A model generated the notes under the pieces. It had not been told where the DNA came from and searched no databases. It was given only the letters and a program-made list of their open reading frames with translations. A stretch of DNA of 64,000 nt from Anthoceros angustus (Eukaryota; Plantae; Anthocerotophyta): contig VJWM01000193.1 in assembly GCA_010909165.1 (NCBI GenBank), positions 248,001-312,000 of the forward strand, in the 5' to 3' direction. The translations under genes and the position numbers were made by a program. Positions within the stretch are counted from its first letter, which is position 1. Every line of letters starts with the position of its first letter. Shown here one piece after another: positions 1 to 10,756 of this stretch.

Positions 1-368
1 GCAAGGACACCCTGGAGCTGCAACTCCAAGACGCGTCGGAGCAACACGGGATTCTCAAAGAGAGAATCAAGGACTTCGAGCAGGAGATTGAGCGCCTACA
101 GTCTTGCTGCAGGGCGGATGGGAGCCTACGACGGGCCAAGGAGTTGGCCGTCGTCGAATTGGAGAGAGGGGGCTGAGTCGGGAGGTGACCACTGGAGAGA
201 GAGATGGCGGAGCTCCAGGCCCGGAATGCCAGTTGTGAGGAAGCCGCGGTGATCATTTTCAGCAAATGGTTGTACCACGTGCGCTTCAGGTTGTTGTTGC
301 CTTGGAGGAAGTGTGAATGTCAGATCAAGCTCTTGTGGAAACAACACTTCAACAATTGTGTTGAATGA
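1..368 (+). CDS. 3' end of a probable coiled-coil protein gene, truncated at the window edge
   Basis: Frame 3 reads KDTLELQLQDASEQHGILKERIKDFEQEIERLQ...LEREMAELQARNASCEEAAV...CVE* (TGA 366-368), with heptad-like L/E/K/Q composition. Two in-frame stops near 174-190 sit beside G-runs (compensating indels or decay). Confidence 0.4.
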
Positions 369-584
369 TTCTTTAAGCCTTGCAGTTTATAGCGGTAGAG
401 TCCAATGTCTGTCACTACTAGGGAGAGGGGTGTTTTACAAAACCCCTTTTGCAAATCCCCCAATCTTTACAACGTCTAGACACCTCCGTTGTAAATTGGT
501 TTAAGTTTCGCTGATGTGGCAAGTTTTAAGACTCGGTTTACAACGGAGGTTTCTAGTTGGATTATGTGGCACTCTTTTGGGTGC

Positions 585-1190
585 TCATTTACAACAACGG
601 ATTGATGACGTGGTTCTACGTTGTAGATTACGCTTGTAAAAGCATTTTTCTCAAAATTTGATCTTTATTTTTCTAAAAATATTTATTTACATCATTAATC
701 ACAAAAATATTATTGGAAGCCATTTACAACAGCATGCGATGACGTGGCTCCCTTGTTGTAGATTACGTTGTAAAAGCCTTTTTCTCAAAATTTGTTCTTT
801 ATTTCTTCAAAACTCTTTGTTATTATTATTAATCACAAAAATATGATTGGAGGCCATTTACAACAGCGGTTGATGATGTGGCTTCCTTCTTGTAGATTAC
901 GTTGTAAAACATTTTTCTCAAAATGTGTTCTTTATTTTTTTTAACTCTTTATTATTATTATTATTAATCACAAAAATATGATTGGAGGCCATTTACAACA
1001 GCGATTGATGACATGGCTCCCTTGTTGTAGATTACGTTATAAAGTAATTTTTTCAAAATGTGTTCTTTATTTTTTTTAAACTCTTTATTATTATTATTAA
1101 TCACAAAAAATATGATAGGAGGCCATTTACAATGATTGATGACGTGATTCCTTGTTGTAGATTACGTTGTAAAAGCATTTTCTTCAAAAT
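585..1190. repeat. Tandem ~135-bp AT-rich repeat (about 4.5 copies) inside the CACTA element
   Basis: Recurring block catttacaacagc...tgacgtggctcc...ttgtagattacgttgtaaaa...ttctcaaaat...attaatcacaaaaatatgattggagg. Confidence 0.85.
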
Positions 1191-1494
1191 TTGAGGCGGA
1201 GGGCTATTTTAAATTTGATTGGGGTTATTTTGTGGGGGCATGATGAGCAGCGTCCATTCAAAATGCGAGGCGTGCCACTCGGCAGCTCGCACTCCATTAA
1301 TCCCAGCCCTTACACACAGTCTGGCATGGAGAGGGAAAAAGTTGAGAGGGGGGCCGCTAGTGCTCTAATACTAGTATGTCACGCTCTTTAGCATTTTCTT
1401 TAGTGTTCTTATTGTGAGTAGGTACCACCTCTATGCCCACAAGCAAGTGCGCACTGCCCCGATGGTACATGTTCGTACATGCTTACCTTTCGCA

Positions 1495-2462
1495 GGCCAT
1501 TGTATGGCTAGCCATCGACGGACGCCATAGTTAATTGGGTGCCATTGTTGGGCGTTGGGCACCATTGTCAGGCGTTAACTGGGCGCCATTGTTAGGTGTT
1601 AATTGGGCGCCATTGTTGGGCGTTAATTGAGTGCAATTGTTAGGCGTTAATAGGGCGCCATTGTTGGGCGTTAATAGGGCGCCATTGTTGGGCGTTAATA
1701 GGGCGCCATTGTTGGACGTTAATTGGGCGCCATTGTTGGGCGTTAGTTGGGCACCATTGTTGGGTGTTGGGCGCCATTGTTAGGCTTTAATTGGGCGCCA
1801 TAGTTGGATGTTAGGCGCCATTGTTGGGCGTTAATTGGGCGCCATTGTTGGGTGTTGGGCGCCATTGTTGGGTGTTGGGCGCCATTGTTGGGCATTAATT
1901 GGGCGCCATAGTTGGGCGTTGGGCGCCATTATTATTGGGCGTTATTTGGGCACCATTGTATGGCCAACTATTGTCGGGCATTGGGCGCCATTGTTGGCGC
2001 TAGCCATTATTATTAGGCGTTATTTGGGCACCATTGCCAACCACTATTAGGCGTCATTATTATTGCTATTTGGGCACCATTCTATGGCCAGCCATTGTCG
2101 GCGCGCCATTGTTGGCGTTAATTGGGCGCATTATTATTGGGCGTTAGCGCCATTGGAGGCTATTTGGGCGCCATTGTTGTTGCGTTAATTGGGCGCCATA
2201 ATTGGGCGCCATTGGGCCATTGTTAGGCGTTATTTGGGCCATGTTGTTGGGCCACCATTGAATGGCAAGCCATTGTCGGGCGTTGGCGCCATTGTATGGC
2301 AAGCCATTGACGGCGCCATTATTATTAGGCGTTAATTGGGCATTAATTAGGCGCCATTATTGTTGGGCGTTGGGCACCTTTGAATGGCAAGCCATTGTCG
2401 CGCGTTGGGCGCCATTGTATGACAAGCCATTGACGGGCGCCATAGTTTGGCGTTAATTGGGC
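1495..2462. repeat. Degenerate minisatellite of 17-25 bp units (gggcgccattgttgggcgttaatt) inside the CACTA element
   Basis: Dozens of GGCGCCATT cores are directly visible. Confidence 0.9.
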
Positions 2463-4138
2463 AAACGACGTTGTAAACCACGTTGTCAACCCGTCCGGTT
2501 AGGTGACGTGGCGGCCACGTCAGCAACTTGATGACGTCAGTGATCTTGCCTGCCACGTCAGCATTTTTACAACTTAGTTAAGCTGTCAGTTTACAAACGT
2601 GTAAATGCCCGTTTTTACAACGTGAGGTTGTAAATTACGTTGTAAAATGCGTTGTAAAACACCTGCGATTCTTGTAGTGTGTGGCTCCATTCTTGGACGC
2701 GCACATGTAGCTGTTTGGCTAAGGTTAACCTATCAAGGACTCAGTACCGATTCTGCCTAGGAATCTGATTATTGGCACGCCTAGCAGCTTTTGCAGGCTC
2801 TAGGATATTTGCCATGGCTTTGAGCCAGGATTGATGTAACTAGGATGCAGGCGTTCTGCATCTTAGAAATTCGTTTATAAAACTATGTACAATTCTGCCA
2901 ATTAGGCCGTTGTTTTAGTGCATCTGCATGGGATTATCAAATTAACAATTTCAATAAAGGTGCATTAGAAAATCTGCCTGATACTGCACGAATTTGTATA
3001 TGATTTTCCTAAAAGAAAACATCATAAACTATTTTCTTCATCATCTTTTTGTTTCTTTCTTTTGACTTCATTTTTCAAAATAAGAAAACAAGATAAATTC
3101 ATGCACATCTTCTAGTGCAGAATTTTTATGTGCATCTTCTTAGATGCTTTCTACATAGTGTTGTGCTGGGATACCATGAAGATTTACATGGATTATGTAG
3201 AATAATTACAACATTAAGTAATCACATATACATTGATAATCAAGAAAGAGTTAAAGTGCTTTTGTGAAAAGGCAACTTAAACTTAATCTAAACGTTGTGT
3301 CTATCCATATAGAGTCGCAACTCTTATGAAACGGTACTTAACCTAACTCAACATAGCTTATGATATGAATATAATATCAATAGTATGAAGACATGAATAA
3401 TTAAGGCGAAGAAGTTGAATCTGATCCAAACTGCCTTCTGCTCAGGATTGTGGTGCAATTCATTTGCTGAAGTCGAGCGAGAATACCCGAAGCACTCCAT
3501 AGCGAAAAACATAGCAAACTTTCAACTAGTCTTCGACCATATTATAAGTGACTAGTTATGGTTTTGCTTTCAACAAAATACCTTTACATCTGGTGCGGAA
3601 ACTAGTTTGTGCACTCCTATTTATGATGTAGCTTAAAAGCATTCGTGATATGCACGCAGACTCTACAGCAGGCTGAGGAGTAAAAGGAGAAATTGATTCC
3701 AGATAGTTTCAAAGAGCATATCAATGCAGCAAGAAACTAAAAGAGGGTGGAGGATTTACAGAGAGAGTTGGCAGAGGAGGACAACGATGGCAAACTCTTA
3801 ATCTTCCAAGTCTCAAAACGCAAGCAAAAAGTCTGGTACCAGGTAATCAGCAGGACGTTCGGAATGCTTTGCAAAAATAGTGTGAACGCGAAGGAGTTTA
3901 TACCATGGTATGGGAGAAAGACAATCTGGTTGCGGACGAAAGACTTTACGAAAATTGCGAGTACATGACTGTAAGCTGTGATGTCCACCCTACATTCTAA
4001 GATATCAGGAAGTACAGTGCATTATGCAACATTGCAGCCGATGAGATTGGAGCCATGCTGCTTTCATCAAACACAACGTCGTCGTGACAAAGCTATTGAA
4101 TATCTCTACCAATAGTCACGTGTAGTTGGAGGATGTGT

Positions 4139-4195
4139 GGCACCCCATCCAAGTACTAATTCATCCCAAGGACGCTTGATTGTGGAGTTCTAATG
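4139..4195 (-). pseudogene. 5S rRNA-derived fragment covering the internal control region (box A to box C)
   Basis: Reverse complement CATTAGAACTCCACAATCAAGCGTCCTTGGGATGAATTAGTACTTGGATGGGGTGCC aligns ungapped to plant 5S CATCAGAACTCCGCAGTTAAGCGTGCTTGGGCGAGAGTAGTACTAGGATGGGTGACC (about 44/57 by eye, 5S recalled from memory). The 5S ends are missing. Confidence 0.75.
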
Positions 4196-4362
4196 AAACT
4201 ATGTTTGGATGTCAGTCCTTGAAGACGACATCAGATAATTGGGTCAACTTACTTCTGTAAATACACTTGAAGAAAAACTTACAATGTTTTTTACCGTACG
4301 TTTGGTGAGTGTTGGATCATCCAAGTAGACTGGGAAGGGAGGGAGGAGTCGGAACACAAGAA

Positions 4363-4479
4363 CAACCAACCCTTCCTCTGACTGGGAATGCTGGTTCAGG
4401 ATTTAGGGTTTAGAAAATCACAACCAACCCTTCCTCCGACTGGGGATGCTGGTTTAGGATTTAGGGTTTAGAAAATCAC
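4363..4479. repeat. Tandem duplication of a ~58-bp unit containing TTTAGGGTTTAG
   Basis: caaccaacccttcctc(t/c)gactggg(a/g)atgctggtt(c/t)aggatttagggtttagaaaatca occurs twice. Confidence 0.85.
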
Positions 4480-5302
4480 GTTGCGGCTGATGGTATGGGT
4501 TCGAACCACACGATATAGAACGATAGAGAACCTTGAGAAAAACATGGAAATGAATCTAAAAGAAACATACTTGAAACATACTTTGAACAATTTGGGGCAC
4601 TTTAAGCTTGTTGCTTTTTATGGACTTGGTGTGCAATCCATAACCTCAACTGACGAATTTCTTAGTTTTTTTAATCTTAAACAAGAACAAAAACATATTG
4701 TCCTTCTCGAGAATGGCATATTGTCCTCCTCGAGAATGGGCATATTGCCCTTCTTGAGAATGGGCATATTTTGCGACATAACTAGTCGAAGTAGGTGACT
4801 ATTTCAATTCATGTACCCTACTTTGATTTAAAGTATAAATATAGCTCAAATTCTTTCTCAAATGCCCCTAGCATTCCCCCATACACTTAACGGGTTAGTT
4901 TTTATAAATTTTCCCATGTTACGTGAGACTTGTATGGGTATGTTTTACTCCAAGTCTTTTTTTTGTCTTTTGTCAATTTTGTCTTCACAGGTATGATTTG
5001 AAACCCTTACTAAACTATACACAGGATAAGTCCAATTCTCAAGACCAGATGCTATCAGTAGTGTTGTAATAGTCGTACCTTATAAACCATTCTATGTACA
5101 GTGTCAAGATTACAGAGGCTCATGCCGAAATGGACACACTGCGAGTGAGGTTAGGGCAAGGAGTTGAGTGTAGACTCTCAAACCAGACTCCGCTAACAAA
5201 CACCACATCACTGGTTTGACACTAAATTCCATTTCTTCAGACTCAGGCAGACAGGCATGCTTGGTGTACACCGACAGGATTCGAGCTGAAGGTAGTTTCA
5301 GC

Positions 5303-7832
5303 TCAGCGTGAGGTGTAAGTATGGTAACCAAGCCTTGATCGGGAGCCACGATCTGAGTCCCTTGTTGGAGGACCAGATCGGTCGGCCGTATAGCGGGCAT
5401 GGCGAGATCGGTAACTGTCCAAGGGGAATGAAACACCCACAGAAAAGCCAGATGACGGAAGCTGTGCACCAGGGGAGTAGTCCCTCGTGGGTGGAGGTGC
5501 AAATGAGTGAAGGGTTCGGGAGAAGGTATCGAAGCCAGGGGGGGTCACATCAGGTGGAAGTTGTCCAGGAGGAGACGTTCCATCTGATTGGAGTACCAGA
5601 GGTGCTGGCACAGACCTTTGATTACCTGAAATGTGGAGAGTGGAGGGAGCTTTCCACAGCCGTTGGTTGGCTTGCCTTGGTACAGGTCCGTTCACCCCTG
5701 GGTATTCCACCACCATCCTCTTCGTAACTGACCATCTGGTGCTAGGGGATACACATTTGTGATCTGCATCAAGATTTGTTGGCATTGGTGGAGGCCCTTC
5801 AAAGATCTCCCCTTCTTCTGGTGACTCAGCAGGTTTGAAAGGGTCGCCTTCAATTATGTCGATCCCTGAAGGCTCGTCTTCATCGTCTATTTCTGCAAAG
5901 GAAAGCTGCTCATGTCAGGAGGTGACAGAACACAACACACCTTGTGTTTGCCATGAGAAGAAATGTACCGAGGTATCCAGGAGGGTATCCAATCTCACGC
6001 ATCCGATTCAGCCAGGGTGGTGGATCCCATTCCTAAAAACAGAAAAGCCAAATAGTTAGTCAAGGATTTACAGCAGAGAGTTTTCAGAGCGAAATATGAC
6101 CAGTGAAGGAGGACTTGAAACATACCCCGATGCCTAAACTTTCTCTCGTTTCCTTGCCCAAGATGCCAGGTTTTAAGCCTTCAAACTTCCAGCCTGCAGC
6201 CTCATTGAAGTATCTTACAATGGGACGGGCAGCTGAAGTAGCACATCTCTGTTTCCGGGCATTATTGATTACACCAAAGTCAAGTGGCCTTGGGCAGTCC
6301 TTTAATGCGTGGCTGTAAGCATTACAGTTGAAACACCGCGGAGCCTCTCTCGCTATGACAGGCGCACTGCCAGAAACATTTGTCAACCCAGCAGGGTCAC
6401 CAGAGTACAACGAGCGCGCATGAAATCATCACCTCTTAACTAAAGCCAACATCCACAAGAAACAACCCTAGCGAATTCTATGGCACCACCATGAGCAACA
6501 CAAATCACACAACATGCACCCTAGCAAACCACTCGTAGGTGACTTGGTTACAGCTGGTGGTCTACAGGTAAGTCAGGAAACGCCTTGCTATGATGTGACA
6601 GAAGGAAAAGTGAAAATCATGTACGATCTACTCCCACAGAATCTGGACTTAGGAAAGGAAGGATATGAACTTCACCATTCAGGACGATCAGGTGAATCCT
6701 GGGAGGGGACAGGATTGCAAACGCGATCGTATAAAGGGATTTCGGCTTCTCTTTCCTTACTACTGGTAAGTGAAACCCCTCCAAGAGCTTCTTCTGTACC
6801 ACGTTTTACCAATGGCCTGTCAATCCAAACGGGCTGAACCCAGAGAAACCAGAAAGAGATGCATCAAAAATGGTTACGAGGAAAGAGGCCTCCACATCCA
6901 GGACGTTCAAAGCAGCTCACCACAGGGCATGTTAATTACCACCAGTGGCCGCCTTTTGTCCCAGACACACGGAGGACCCAATCTGCCCAGCACTTCCTAC
7001 GAGGCTACAAAATGGACTAGCCGCAGAGTGTCAGACTTCTCGGATGACAGTATGCGGCCCTAAACTGAACCAGGTTCTAACCTCCTGATAAAGCCTACAA
7101 CTGGCGGATAGAAACTAACCACAGAAACTCGTGTTGCATCACCGACTCCTAAGGGAGGGTAGTAGACCTCTTCGCCATTCTCTTCGCATTCAACCTTTCA
7201 CATATGAGGCACATCAAACAGTCACAAACATCGCCCCCGAAAATACAAGCAGTGCCACCACGGAAAACCCCCAGTAAATAATACCTCCCATGAGGCCTCA
7301 TGACCACTCCATTCAGCCCATTCCTTCAAAACGCTCTGAAGTTTCCTTTTGCTCACCCTGTTCACACATAAAACATAGCGCATCAAAAGATGAAAAACTT
7401 CCCCCATGCTGCACAAACTCATACTCCTGCAAACTGCCTCAATGGTTGCACACCTCGACAAGTTTCTGTACACCACCCGCACCGTAGCAGAAGAAGTAGA
7501 CGACTGCCTGCGACGTTTTCGAGGGCCTTCATCTGCACAACATCAAGACGTCATCCCCAACCGCCTTTCTGCAAACCTCACCGTTGGATCGACAAACTGA
7601 CAGCCACGGTTCTCATGCTCCAAACAATACCATCATCTGGCTGGTCCCTGGGTGCCACCTTCCTTTTACCATCTCCTCCCTCACTGTCCTTTACTGGCCT
7701 CCCTCCACCGTCAAAACTAATAAACTCCTGCTCCAACTCCGGATCCCTCTCCTCCACACCCGCGCTGCCATATCTTGCACTCCTGCTCCGCAACAAAACC
7801 GGCCCGGTGTCCTCCCACTCCATGTCCGACAT
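5303..7832 (-). CDS. ZCCHC8: ZCCHC8-like zinc-knuckle/PSP-domain protein (NEXT exosome cofactor family), multi-exon
   Basis: Start MSDMEWEDTG at 7832. CCHC knuckle CFNCNAYSHALKDC (~6290-6335). PSP motifs PGILGKETRESLGIG and EWDPPPWLNRMREIGYPPGYL (~5970-6030). Pro-rich last exon ends at TGA 5303. GT-AG introns; exon limits approximate. Confidence 0.85.
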
Positions 7833-8264
7833 TCGCCTCCCAACCCTGAAAACAGAAACCGGAAAGGACCTGCCAGCGATGGCCCGAAACCCACCACGGC
7901 ACCACCAACCCCTCGCCCGGATCCTGCTGCCCGGAAGCCTGAAATGATCTCTCCCAACCTTCCCTTCCGTTCGCCGCACCCAACCCGCTCAAAGAAGCAG
8001 GCAGCGTTGCATGAGTCGGGGAAGGAGCAATGAACAAATTTGGACTCGATGGGGCAGAAAAAACTTAAAGAAACGCTACCCTGTCCACACCGGGGGTTAC
8101 ATATAGACGCCGTCCTGAAGCCGCTCAAATGACGCTTCCATCAATCCAGATATTATCTAGATACTATTAGAGCAACAAACAAAACTGTCTTGCTTGTCTG
8201 GGAAGGGGAAAGGGAAGGAAAGCGTAAGGTTGAAGGTCGCTGTTGCGCTGTGAGGTTCGCGGCG
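7833..8264. promoter_or_regulatory. Short divergent (bidirectional) promoter region
   Basis: About 430 bp separates the head-to-head start codons of the ZCCHC8-like and HemK genes. Confidence 0.55.
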
Positions 8265-9728
8265 ATGGCTATGGCGGCCACGGCGAGGGCGCCTGGCTCG
8301 CTGCTCTCCCGCCTCGCCCTGGCCGCCGGGGCGCGAAACCCTAATCGCGTCTCGATACTCAGCGCGAGGGCGATGGCGATGCGGATGAAGTCGGGCGAGC
8401 GGGAAGGCGCTGTTGCTGCTGCGGGGAGGGTGGAGATGGAGGTGGAGACGCCGCTCTTCCTCCGGCGGGAGCGGCATCAGGTCCCGCTGCGGGAGCTGGT
8501 TTCTTGGAGGAGGAGGCGAGGGAGCGGATTGCGGCCCTAGGGAGCTCGCTGGCGGAGGCGGACGGCGGGCCAGACGGGGCGGAGTTGCGGGCGGAGCTGG
8601 ACTGGCTGCTGGACGATGCCGTGCGGGGATGGCGACCGGGGCGGGAGGAGGAGTGCAGCTGGAGCGAGGTGAGGGGAGGCGGGAGGAGGAGGGGACGCGG
8701 GTGGTGATGCGGGCCAGCTTGCGGAGCTGCAGGACGGGTGGAGACGGCGGGTGGAGCAGAGAGTGCCGTTCCAGTACCTGGTGGGATGCGCGCACTGGAG
8801 GGAGCTGGTGCTGGCGGTGCAGCCGGGAGTTTTGATTCCCAGGCCCGAGACGGAGATGCTGGTGGAGCTGGCGGGGCGGCCATGGATGCCAGTCCCGGGC
8901 TGCGGCACGGGTTGTGGGTGGACCTCGGGACAGGGAGCGGGGCCATCGCCATCGCGCTGCAGCGCCTCCTGCGGCCCCCGGGATGTGTCATTGCGGTGGA
9001 CGCCAGCCCTGTGGCGGTGGCCGTGGCCAAGGCCAATGTGGCCAGATGCTCGCTTCAAGTGCGTTGAACTACCAGTCCATCCATCCATCACCGCTGCGCT
9101 GCTCATGCTGCTGCTGCTGTTTCTGGTCTGGTTTCACCCGTTTTTCGGAGTCCAGGCAAGGCAAGGCAAGGCTGCGCACATTTTGCGTTGCCGCTCTAGC
9201 AGGAATTCTGGGTACCAGGACCTGACCTGTTTGGTTTTGCTTGTTGGAGTGCAGCAGGGCATGGGCTTGGTGGATGTGCAGCAAGGGTCCTGGTTTTCCG
9301 CCCCAGGTCCCATGCATAATCTTGCCGGCGTGGTGAGCAATCCTCCTTACATCCCTTCGCCGCACCTGGAAGGTCTGCAAGCGGAAGTGGGCAAGCATGA
9401 GCCTCGGAGCGCTCTGGACGGGGGTGAGGATGGGATGCATCATCTGCGGATTATCTGTGATGGAGCTGGTGCGGCCCTTGGACCAGGTGGCTTCTTGGCA
9501 CTCGAGGTACGGCGGGTGGGCTTCTTAGCATATCCCGTCCTTTTCCTCTAATCGAGGAGTGTGGCGTGCTGAATTTCTTGTGTTGTGTTGTGTGACCAGA
9601 CCAATGGGGACCAGCAGTCTCAGGAGTTGGCTGAGCTTCTTGCTCACGGGACTTCCTTCTTCCGACAAGTTGAAATAGTGAAGGATTTTGCAGGGATTGG
9701 TCGTTTTGTGACTGCTTTCCATGTCTGA
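8265..9728 (+). CDS. hemK: HemK/PrmC release-factor glutamine N5-methyltransferase, probably organelle-targeted
   Basis: Ala/Arg/Ser-rich N-terminal extension. Motifs ELDWLLDDAV, RVPFQYLVG...VLIPRPETE, SAM motif VDLGTGSGAIA, NPPY (VSNPPYIP), HEPRSALDGG and C-terminal VKDFAGIGRFV, TGA 9726-9728. Introns ~9059-9257 and ~9507-9599. Several frameshifts in the very GC-rich exon 1 are probably read errors. Confidence 0.88.
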
Positions 9729-10756
9729 AGGTCGACGAGTTCCTCAGGAATGGAGAACTATCTTCCAGGGCTTCTTGTTTTCTGTTTCCTTTCAGGACAG
9801 AAGCGCGTGAAACCGACCATAGACCTTCTCAGTGGCTGCTTAGCAACCATGGACCTCTGTGCAAAGCCTCGCTTCACGCACTCCATTCCTGAGGTGAGCT
9901 GCGGCTATCATCAGTTGGTTGGATCCAGATCCAAGACCAAGAGATGCCAGAAGAGAGACCGAAGGGTGCAGATAAGGGATCTGGGAACGCAGCCCTCAAC
10001 TGCCTCAGCGAGATGAGCCTGATGTCATAGCTTCCTCGCGGTTTCAGCCGTCACGCCCCTTCGGTAGCCCCAGTTGATTTCTAGGCAGGCTGCGCACTGT
10101 GTAGACTACCTCCCGGAGTTCCCGCCGCTGCTGCTCTTCTTCTTCTTGCCTTGCCTGTTATGCCTCCCAAGGCGTGGGGGTCCCTGGGATGTTGTGGTCT
10201 CAAAAGCTTCTGGTGGCTAATAGACCCCTTGTTGTGATGAGACATCTTTGTCCACTCCAGCCCAGCATCCTGGGCATTCCTCGCTTCCGCTCGCCCTCCC
10301 TGGAATTCGTCCTGTGAACTCTCCACTTTCAACGCTCCACGGAAGCTGCACCATTGGTGGGAGCAGGACCCTAAACCCCTCGACGGAAATCAAGCGTAGT
10401 GGTGTTTCAGATGTTGTCTCCAAGTTTCCAGTTTGTAAAGAGCATGTGCGGCAGAAGCGGCGGCTTGGACGACGATCGCAAAGTGTTTGACAGCTTCCAA
10501 GGCTAGGAAAGACGACGACGTGGTCCGGAAGACCTGGCTGGCTTTCAGTGCGAGTACGCAGCAGGAGGTATGCTATTCTCCAACAGGAGGGGATGCTGTA
10601 TGGCTTCAGTCGTAGCATGCAGGGGCCGCAAAATTTCAGACTGTACCGTCCATGTGCAGCGCACCGTCGAGAGTGTCAGAGGTGCTTCTCATGCCACCAC
10701 CCAACTCCTTCCTCTTGAGATTTTCTCAGAGTTGTTGTTAAATTTTAGATTTTGCA

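Larger units (their letters stand above)
413..2679. mobile_element. Non-autonomous CACTA (En/Spm) DNA transposon, complete
   Basis: Left end is CACTACTAGGGAGAGGGGTGTTTTACAA. Right end, reverse-complemented, is CACTACAAGAATCGCAGGTGTTTTACAA. A 3-bp TSD TGT flanks it (410-412 and 2680-2682). Many TTTACAAC/GTTGTAAA subterminal motifs; no transposase ORF. Confidence 0.9.

Noticed and set aside
1495-2462. CRISPR-like appearance of regularly spaced short repeats, and ORFs 1835-2050 and 2262-2456
   Set aside because: There are no unique spacers and no cas genes, and the context is eukaryotic. It is a minisatellite inside a CACTA element, and the ORFs are translations of the repeat.
8265-9060. HemK as a pseudogene or programmed-frameshift gene
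   Set aside because: All catalytic motifs are intact and the shifts fall in G/C runs typical of read errors. There is no slippery-site evidence.
8157-9106. Long Pro/Ala-rich minus-strand ORFs (212, 225 and 189 aa)
   Set aside because: They are antisense shadows of the GC-rich HemK exon.
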